A stretch of 64,000 nucleotides of DNA from Eledone cirrhosa. Its lineage: Eukaryota. Shown here piece by piece: positions 55,701 through 64,000 of the stretch. The translations under genes and the position numbers were made by a program. Each line of letters opens with the position of its first letter. Positions within the stretch are counted from its first letter, which is position 1. The DNA is taken from the NCBI GenBank assembly GCA_964016885.1, contig OZ024740.1, positions 7,812,001-7,876,000 of the forward strand, in the 5' to 3' direction. The notes below the pieces were generated by a model. That model was not told the DNA's origin, did not search any database, and saw only the letters and a program-made list of their open reading frames with translations.

Positions 55701-57513
55701 TGGTATGTCTGTTTCGATTAGTATATCAGTTTCTATAAGTATATCAGTTTCAATTGTTATGTCAGTTTCTATTGGTATATCAGTTTCTATTGGTATGTCA
55801 GTTTCAATTGGTATGTCAGTTTCGATTGGTATGTCAATTTCGATTGGTATATCAGTTTCGATTAGTATGTCAGTTTCTATTGGTATATCAGTTTCTATTG
55901 GTATATCTGTTTCGATTGGTAGGTCAGTTTCTATTGGTAGATCAGTTACGATTGGCATGTTATATACTATTGGTATATCAGTTTTGATTAGTATATCAGT
56001 TTCTATTGGTATGTAAGTTTCGATAGGTATGTTAGTCCTCGATTGGTATGTCAGTTTCGATTGTTATGTCAGTGTCGATTGGTATATCAGTTTCGATTGG
56101 TATGTCAGTTTGGATTGGTATGTCAGTTTGGATTGGTATGTCAGTTTCGATTGGTATATCAGTTTCCATTGGTATATCAGTTTCAATTAGTATGTCAGTT
56201 TCGATTGGTATGTCAGTTTCGATTAGTATATCAGTTTTTATTGGTATGTCAGTTTCGATTGGTATGTCAGATTCTATTGGTATATCAGTTTCGATTGGTA
56301 TATCAGTTTTGATTGGTATATCAGTTTCTATTGCTATATCAGTTTCTATTGGTATGTCAGTTTGGATTGGTATATCAGTTTCGATTAGTATGTCAGTTTC
56401 GATTGGTATGTCTGTTTCGATTGGTATATCAGTTTTGATAGGTATATCAGTTTCGATTGGTATGTCAGTTTTGATTGGTATAACAGTTTCTAATGCTATA
56501 TCAGTTTCTGTTGGATTGTCAGTTTCGATTGGTATGTCAGCTTCGATTGGTATGTCAGTTTCTATTGGTATATCAGTTTCGATTGATATATCAGTTTCGA
56601 TTAGTATGTCAGTTTCTAATGGTATGTCAGTTTCGATTAGTATATCAGTTTCTATTTGTATGTCAGTTTCGATTGGTATGTCAGTTTCGATTGGTATATC
56701 AGTTTCGATTAGTATATCAGTTTCGATTGTTATATCAGTTTCGATTGGTATGTCAGTTTCTATTGGTATATCAGTTGCTATTGGTATGTCAGTTTCGATT
56801 GGTGTGTCAGTTTCGATTGGTATGTCAATTTCAATTGGTATATCAGTTTTGATTAGTATGTCAGTTTCTATTGGTATGTCAGTTTCGATTGGTATATCAG
56901 TTTCGATTGGTATGTCAGTTTCGATTAGTATATCAGCTTCGATTGGTATGTCAGTTTCGATTGGTATATCAGTTTCGATTGGTATGTCAGTTTCGATTAG
57001 TATATCAGTTTCTATTGGTATATCAGTTTCTATTGGTATGTCAGTTTTGATTGGTATATCAGTTTCGATTAGTATGTCAGTTTCGATTGGTATGTCAGTT
57101 TCGATTGGTATACCAGTTTCGATAGGTATATCAGTTTCGATTGGTATATCAGTTTCTATTGGTATGTCAGTTTCGATTGGTGTGTCAGTTTCAATTGGTA
57201 TATCAGTTTTGATTAGTATGTCAGTTTCTAATGGTATGTCAGTTTCGATTAGTATATCAGTTTCTATTGGTATGTCAGTTTTGATAGGTATGTTATTCCT
57301 CGATTTGTATGTCAGTTTCTATTGGTATGTCAGTTTCTATTGGTATATCAGTTTCGAATGGTATGTCTGTTTCGATTAGTATATCAGTTTCTATAAGTAT
57401 ATCAGTTTCAATTGTTATGTCAGTTTCTATTTGTATATCAGTTTCTATTGGTATGTCAGTTTCTATTTGTATATCAGTTACAATTGGTATGTTAGTTTCT
57501 ATTGGTATGTCAG

Positions 57514-59830
57514 GGAAGCAGAGGAATGAAAGTTCAAGCATGTTCTACAATGCGATGACCAAAAACGTGAGGTGTTCAGGATTGCCAGGCAATGTGTCAA
57601 GGAAAACCGTGATATTGTCGGGGAGAAGTGTGTACTTAACGATGACGGCATACTTGCCATCACCGACGCCGATAAGACGGTAGCTTGGAAGTGTCACTAC
57701 GAAAGCTTACTAAATGAGGAGAATAAATGGGAGAAAGACAGTCTCCCCCACATCGACCCAATAGAGGGACCAGCAGTGTTAGTCGAGGGTAGTATAATAA
57801 GTAAGGCAATCAAAGATATGAAGACAGGCAAGGCGGCTGGGCCTTCGGAAATAGTTGCCGAGATGCTGAAGGCATCTGGTACGGTGGGACACACCATGGT
57901 CACCCGGATAGTCAACCAAGTCATACAGAATGGGGTTGTTCCGAAGGACTGGCGCAGCAGCATTATCGTTAACTGTTATAAGGGTAAAGGAGATGCCCTA
58001 GATAGGAGTAACTATAGAGGCATTAAATTAATCGACCAGGTCATGAAGGTCACGGAAAAAGTTATAGCGCAACTAATCAGAGAGCGAATTGATCTAGATG
58101 AAATGCAGTTCGGGTTTGTGTCAGGAAAAAGTACCACAGACGCTCTTTTCATTGTACGACAACTACAGGAGAAGTAGCTAGCTAAAAGTAAACCCCTATA
58201 CTTAGCTTTCGTCGACTTGGAGAAGGCCTTCGACAGAGTCCCCCGTTCCATTATCTGGTGGGCTCTTAGAAAACTAGGTGTTGATGAAGGGCTTGTGAGA
58301 GCTATACAAGCCATGTATAAAGAAACAGTTAGCAAGGTTAGAATTAACAACGAATATAGTGAAGAGTTTAGTGTAAACGTTGGTGTTCATCAGGGCTCTG
58401 TTCTTAGCCCCCTACTATTTATTATTGCCCTCCAGGCTATAACAGTGGAGTTCAAGACCGACTGCCCATGGGAACTCCTATACGCAGATGATCTAACGCT
58501 CATAGCTGAATCAATGGCCGAGCTAGAGAAGAAATTCCAAACATAGAAGCATGGCCTAGAATCAAAAGGCCTTAAAATTAACCTGGCTAAGACTAAAGTT
58601 CTAGTTTGTAAGAAAGAAAATAAGGCGGCGGTCCCCTCCGGGAAGTGGCCATGCGCAGAGTGTAGGAAAGGCGTAGGTAGAAATTACATTTTGTGTCCCA
58701 AATGCAAAGTTTGGGTGCATAAAAGATGTAGTGGGATCACAGGTAAGCTAACTAAGAACATAGATTTTACATGTGGCCGGTGTTCTAGGGATATAAGTAG
58801 CAGCAAGTGCCCACAAAAATACTAGCTCTTTCAACTGCGCAGAGGGTTCTATAGAAATAGTGGACAGCTTCCGTTACCTGGGTGACAAAATCAGCAGTGG
58901 GGGAGGGTGCTCTGAAAGTACAGTAGCTAGAGTCAGAACTGGGTGGAAAAAGTTCAGAGAGCTTATACCACTATTAGCCGCTAAAGGGTTCTCCCTAAAA
59001 ATGAAAGGCAGGCTGTACGATGCCTGCATACGAACAGCAATGTTGCATGGCAGTGAGACCTGGGCATTGTGTGCAGAGGATATACGCACACTAGAGAGAA
59101 ACGAAGCTTGCATGCTCCGCTGGATGTGTAATAGTAATATACGTGAACGACAAAGCATAAACGAACTAAGGAAAAAATTAGAAATAAGAGGGATCAGATG
59201 TTGTTTACTAGAGAGAAGGCTATATTGGTATGGTCACGTGATGCGCATGAAGGATGATAGCTGTATAACAAAGTGCAGGGCAATAAAGATAGACGGTAGC
59301 CACGGAATAGGCAGACCTAGAAAAACTTGGGACGAGCTGATAAACTCCGACCTCACACACTTACACCTCTCCAAGACAATGTCACTGGACCGAGACCTTT
59401 GGCGGTACTCAGTAATAGAGAAGACCCGCCTTACCTAAATACAAAGTAAAAACCTACTATAGTCAGTAGGCATCTCTATCAACCCCCCCCGTCCCACAAC
59501 CTCCACCCCATCCCCACCGCCCCTTCCAATGTAAAGTTATGTTGGTCCCACAACATCCAGGCCGAAACAAATGAGATCGTGTAGGCGTCACGACAAAAAA
59601 ACACACAGTCCACGCTGTAATGTGGCCGTGTAGGCAACACGGTAAAAACCTCCCAGACCCACACTGTAAATGTGGTTGGTGTTAGGAAGGGCATCCAACT
59701 GTAGAAAACCTGCCAGACAGTCCTATGCGAGCAAGAAAATCACTCTTGCCTCAAGTGGGACTACCCCCGTCCAAACCCATGCAAGCATGGAACACGGACG
59801 TTAAACGTTGATGATGATGATGATGATGAT
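57514..59830 (+). mobile_element. 5'-truncated RTE-clade LINE, family A copy 2
   Basis: Collinear with and highly similar to 27972-30105, extends about 180 bp further 5', same 3' UTR and (GAT)7 tail (59810-59830); flanked by ATGTCAG at 57507-57513 and 59829-59835. Confidence 0.93.
57515..59438 (+). pseudogene. Disabled LINE ORF: reverse transcriptase (YADD intact), PHD-like finger and C-terminal domain
   Basis: In-frame stops TGA 57527-57529, TAG 58175-58177 and TAG 58544-58546; +1 frameshift near 58815-58819 (CACAAAAATACT vs CACATAATACT); YADD at 58481-58492. Confidence 0.92.
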
Positions 59831-62800
59831 GTCAGTTTCTATTGGTATATCAGCTTCTATTGGTATGTCAGTTTCTATTGGTATGTCAGTTTCTATTGCT
59901 ATATCAGTTTCTATTTGTATGTCAGTTTTGATTGTTATATCAGTTTGGATTAGTATTTCAGTTTCTATTGGTATGTCAGTTTCGATTGGTATATCAGTTT
60001 CGATTGGTATATATCAGTTTCTGTTGGATAATCAGTTTCGATTGGTATGTCAGTTTCTATTGGTATATCAGTTTCGATTGGTATGTCAGTTTCTATTGGT
60101 ATGTCAGTTTCGATTATTATATCAGTTACTATTGGTATGTCAGTTTCGATTGGAATGTCAGTTTCGATTGGCATGTCAATTTCTATTGGTATGTCAGTTT
60201 CGATTGGTATATCAGTTTCGATTAGTATATCAGTTTCGATTTTTATATCAGTTTCGATTGGTATGTCAGTTTCTATTGGTATATCAGTTTCGATTGGTAT
60301 ATCAGTTTCGATTGGTATGTCAGTTTCTATTGGTATGTCAGTTTCTATTGGTATGTCAGTTTCTATTGGTATATCAGTTTCGATTGGTATATCAGTTTCT
60401 ATTGGTATGTCAGTTTCTATTGGGATATCAGTTTCTATTGGTATGTCAGTTTCGATTGGTATGTCAGTTTCGATTGGTATGTCAATTTCGATTGGTATAT
60501 CAGTTTCGATTAGTATGTCAGTTTCTATTGGTATATCAGTTTCGATTGGTATATCTGTTTCGATTGGTATGACAGTTTCTCTTGGTAGATCAGTTACGAT
60601 TGGCATGTTAGTTACTATTGGTATATCAGTTTCGATTAGTATATCAGTTTCTATTGGTATGTAAGTTTCTATAGGTATGTTAGTCCTCGATTGGTATGTC
60701 AGTTTCGATTGTTATGTCAGTGTCGATTGGTATATCAGTTTTGATTGGTATGTCAGTTTGGATTGGTATGTCAGTTTTGATTGGTATGTCAGTTTCGATT
60801 GGTATATCAGTTTCCATTGGTATGTCAGTTGCGATTAGTATATCAGTTTCTATTGGTATGTCAGTTTCGATTGGTATGTCAGATTCTATTGGTATATCAG
60901 TTTTGATTGGTATATCAGTTTCGATTGGTATATCAGTTTCTATTGCTATATCAGTTTCTATTGGTATGTCAGTTTGGATTGGTATATCAGTTTCGATTAG
61001 TATGTCAGTTTCTATTGGTATGTCAGTTTCGATTGGTATATCAGTTTCGATAGGTATATCAGTTTCGATTGGTATGTCAGTTTTGATTGGTATAACAGTT
61101 TCTATTGCTATATCAGTTTCTGTTGGATTGTCAGTTTCGATTTGTATGTCAGTTTCGATTGGTATATCAGTTTCAATTGGTATATCAGTTTCGATTGATA
61201 TATCAGTTTCGATTAGTATGTCAGTTTCTAATGGTATGTCAGTTTCGATTAATATATCAGTTTCTATTGGTATGTCAGTTTCGATTGGTATGTCAGTTTC
61301 GATTGGTATATCAGTTTCGATTAGTATATCAGTTTCGATTGTTATATCAGTTTCGATTGGTATGTCAGTTTCTATTGGTATATCAGTTTCTATTGGTATG
61401 TCAGTTTCGATTGGTGTGTCAGTTTCGATTGGTATCTCAATTTCGATTGGTATATCAGTTACGATTGGTATGTTAGTTACTATTGGTATATCAGTTTCGA
61501 TTAGTATATCAGTTTCTATTGGTATGTCAGTTTCGATTGGTATGTCAGTTTCTATTGGTATATCAGTTTCAAATGGTATGTCTGTTTCGATTAGTATATC
61601 AGTTTCTATATGTATATCAGTTTCAATTGTTATGTCAGTTTCTATTGGTATATCAGTTTCTATTGGTATGTCAGTTTCTATTTGTATATCAGTTTCAATT
61701 GGTATGTTAGTTTCTATTGGTAAGTCAGCTTTGATTAGTATATCAGTTACCATTGGTATCTCAGTTTCTATTGGTATGTCAGTTTCGATTGGTATATCAG
61801 TTTCGATTGGTATGTCAGTTTCGATTGGTATATCAGTTTCGATTGGTGTGTCAGTTTCGATTAGTATATCAGTTTCTATTGGTATATCAGTTTCTATTGG
61901 TATGTCAGTTTTGATTGTTATATCAGTTTCGATTAGTATGTCAGTTTCGATTGGTATGTCAGTTTCGATTGGTATATCAGTTCCGATTGGTATGTCAGTT
62001 TCTATTGGTATGTCAGTTTCTATTGGTATGTTAGTTTCTATTGGTATATCAGTTTTGATTGGTATATCAGTTTCGATTGGTATGTCAGTTTCGATTGGTA
62101 TGTCAATTTCTATTGGTATATCAGTTTCGATTGGTATATCAGTTTCGATTGATATATCAGTTTCGATTAGTATGTCAGTTTCTAATGGTATGTCAGTTTC
62201 GATTAGTATATCAGTTTCTATTGGTATGTCAGTTTCGATTGGTATGTCAGTTTCGATTGGTATATCAGTTTCGATTAGTATATCAGTTTCGATTGTTATA
62301 TCAGTTTCGATTGGTATGTCAGTTTCTATTGGTATATCAGTTTCTATTGGTATGTGAGTTTCGATTGCTGTGTCAGTTTCGATTGGTATGTCAATTTCAA
62401 TTGGTATATCAGTTTTGATTAGTATGTCAGTTTCTATTGGTATGTCAGTTTCGATTGGTATATCAGTTTCGATTGGTATGTCAGTTTCGATTAGTATATC
62501 AGTTTCGATTGGTATGTCAGTTTCGATTGGTATATCAGTTTCGATTGGTATGTCAGTTTCGATTAGTATATCAGTTTCTATTGGTATATCAGTTTCTATT
62601 GGTATGTCAGTTTCGATTGGTATATCAGTTTCGATTGGTATGTCAGTTTCGATTAGTATGTCAGTTTCTAATGGTATGTCAGTTTCGATTAATATATCAG
62701 TTTCTATTGGTATGTCAGTTTCGATTGGTATGTCAGTTTCGATTGGTATATCAGTTTCGATTAGTATATCAGTTTCGATTGTTATATCAGTTTCGATTGG

Positions 62801-64000
62801 TATGTCAGTTTCTATTGGTATATCAGTTTCTATTGGTATGTCAGTTTCGATTGGTGTGTCAGTTTCGATTGGTATCTCAATTTCGATTGGTATATCAGTT
62901 ACGATTGGTATGTTAGTTACTATTGGTATATCAGTTTCGATTAGTATATCAGTTTCTATTGGTATGTCAGTTTCGATTGGTATGTCAGTTTCTATTGGTA
63001 TATCAGTTTCAAATGGTATGTCTGTTTCGATTAGTATATCAGTTTCTATATGTATATCAGTTTCAATTGTTATGTCAGTTTCTATTGGTATATCAGTTTC
63101 TATTGGTATGTCAGTTTCTATTTGTATATCAGTTTCAATTGGTATGTTAGTTTCTATTGGTAAGTCAGCTTTGATTAGTATATCAGTTACCATTGGTATC
63201 TCAGTTTCTATTGGTATGTCAGTTTCGATTGGTATATCAGTTTCGATTGGTATGTCAGTTTCGATTGGTATATCAGTTTCGATTGGTGTGTCAGTTTCGA
63301 TTAGTATATCAGTTTCTATTGGTATATCAGTTTCTATTGGTATGTCAGTTTTGATTGTTATATCAGTTTCGATTAGTATGTCAGTTTCGATTGGTATGTC
63401 AGTTTCGATTGGTATATCAGTTCCGATTGGTATGTCAGTTTCTATTGGTATGTCAGTTTCTATTGGTATGTTAGTTTCTATTGGTATATCAGTTTTGATT
63501 GGTATATCAGTTTCGATTGGTATGTCAGTTTCGATTGGTATGTCAATTTCTATTGGTATATCAGTTTCGATTGGTATATCAGTTTCGATTGATATATCAG
63601 TTTCGATTAGTATGTCAGTTTCTAATGGTATGTCAGTTTCGATTAGTATATCAGTTTCTATTGGTATGTCAGTTTCGATTGGTATGTCAGTTTCGATTGG
63701 TATATCAGTTTCGATTAGTATATCAGTTTCGATTGTTATATCAGTTTCGATTGGTATGTCAGTTTCTATTGGTATATCAGTTTCTATTGGTATGTGAGTT
63801 TCGATTGCTGTGTCAGTTTCGATTGGTATGTCAATTTCAATTGGTATATCAGTTTTGATTAGTATGTCAGTTTCTATTGGTATGTCAGTTTCGATTGGTA
63901 TATCAGTTTCGATTGGTATGTCAGTTTCGATTAGTATATCAGTTTCGATTGGTATGTCAGTTTCGATTGGTATATCAGTTTCGATTGGTATGTCAGTTTC
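59831..64000. repeat. 18-bp satellite continuing to the window end
   Basis: Same monomer, right-type variants. Confidence 0.99.
61203..64000. repeat. Higher-order tandem duplication, period 1440 bp (exactly 80 monomers)
   Basis: Rare variants ATTAATATATC, TTTCAAATGG, GTTACCATTGG and ATGTGAGTT recur at +1440; identical ORF pairs 61483/62923 and 62059/63499. Confidence 0.92.

Larger units (their letters stand above)
34142..57513. repeat. 18-bp tandem satellite, right sub-array, about 1300 monomers
   Basis: Same consensus with a different diagnostic variant set (GTAGATCAGTTACG, GTTGGATTGTCAG, CTAACGGT, ATTGGTGTGTCAG, 6-bp insertion GTTTCTGTTTTG). Confidence 0.99.

Noticed and set aside
27972-59694. 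Antisense ORFs over the LINEs (27972-28241, 28707-29108, 29148-29648, 33382-33708, 33741-34066, 57697-58350, 58874-59158, 59479-59694)
   Set aside because: Shadow frames of the RT ORF or UTR with no recognisable motifs.
18-63858. Numerous ORFs encoding (SIGMSV)n, (IETDIP)n, (QFRLVC)n and (SFDWYV)n, up to 993 aa
   Set aside because: Automatic result of an 18-bp unit lacking stops in several frames. They overlap on both strands, are broken by amplified frameshifts and stops, and have no unique domains.
1-64000. CRISPR array, or a prokaryotic RT system (retron, DGR, group II intron) beside repeats
   Set aside because: Repeats are contiguous with no unique spacers and there are no cas genes. 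The RT has non-LTR RTE motifs, 5' truncation and (GAT)n tails; the Pol III SINE indicates a eukaryote.

Overview
Eukaryotic, gene-free satellite region. About 91% of the window is a head-to-tail array of an 18-bp monomer (consensus ATTGGTATRTCAGTTTCK) with nested kb-scale duplications (periods about 1.2-4.6 kb). Four non-LTR retroelements interrupt it: two 5'-truncated, decayed copies of one RTE-clade LINE (27970-30105, 57514-59830), a short 3' fragment of a second RTE family (33386-34141), and a tRNA-headed CORE-type SINE (30468-30800) whose tail matches the second family's 3' UTR. All four lie on the + strand and join the satellite at the same position of the monomer (tail|ATRTCAGTTT), which suggests satellite-site-specific retrotransposition. 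The LINE protein has a C4HC3 PHD-like finger just after the RT core, and the LINE and SINE 3' ends share hairpins with compensatory base changes. Nearly all ORFs in the track are translation artefacts of the 18-bp repeat. From recall only, the SINE and LINE 3' ends resemble abundant octopus (cephalopod) repeats; this host guess is unverified.
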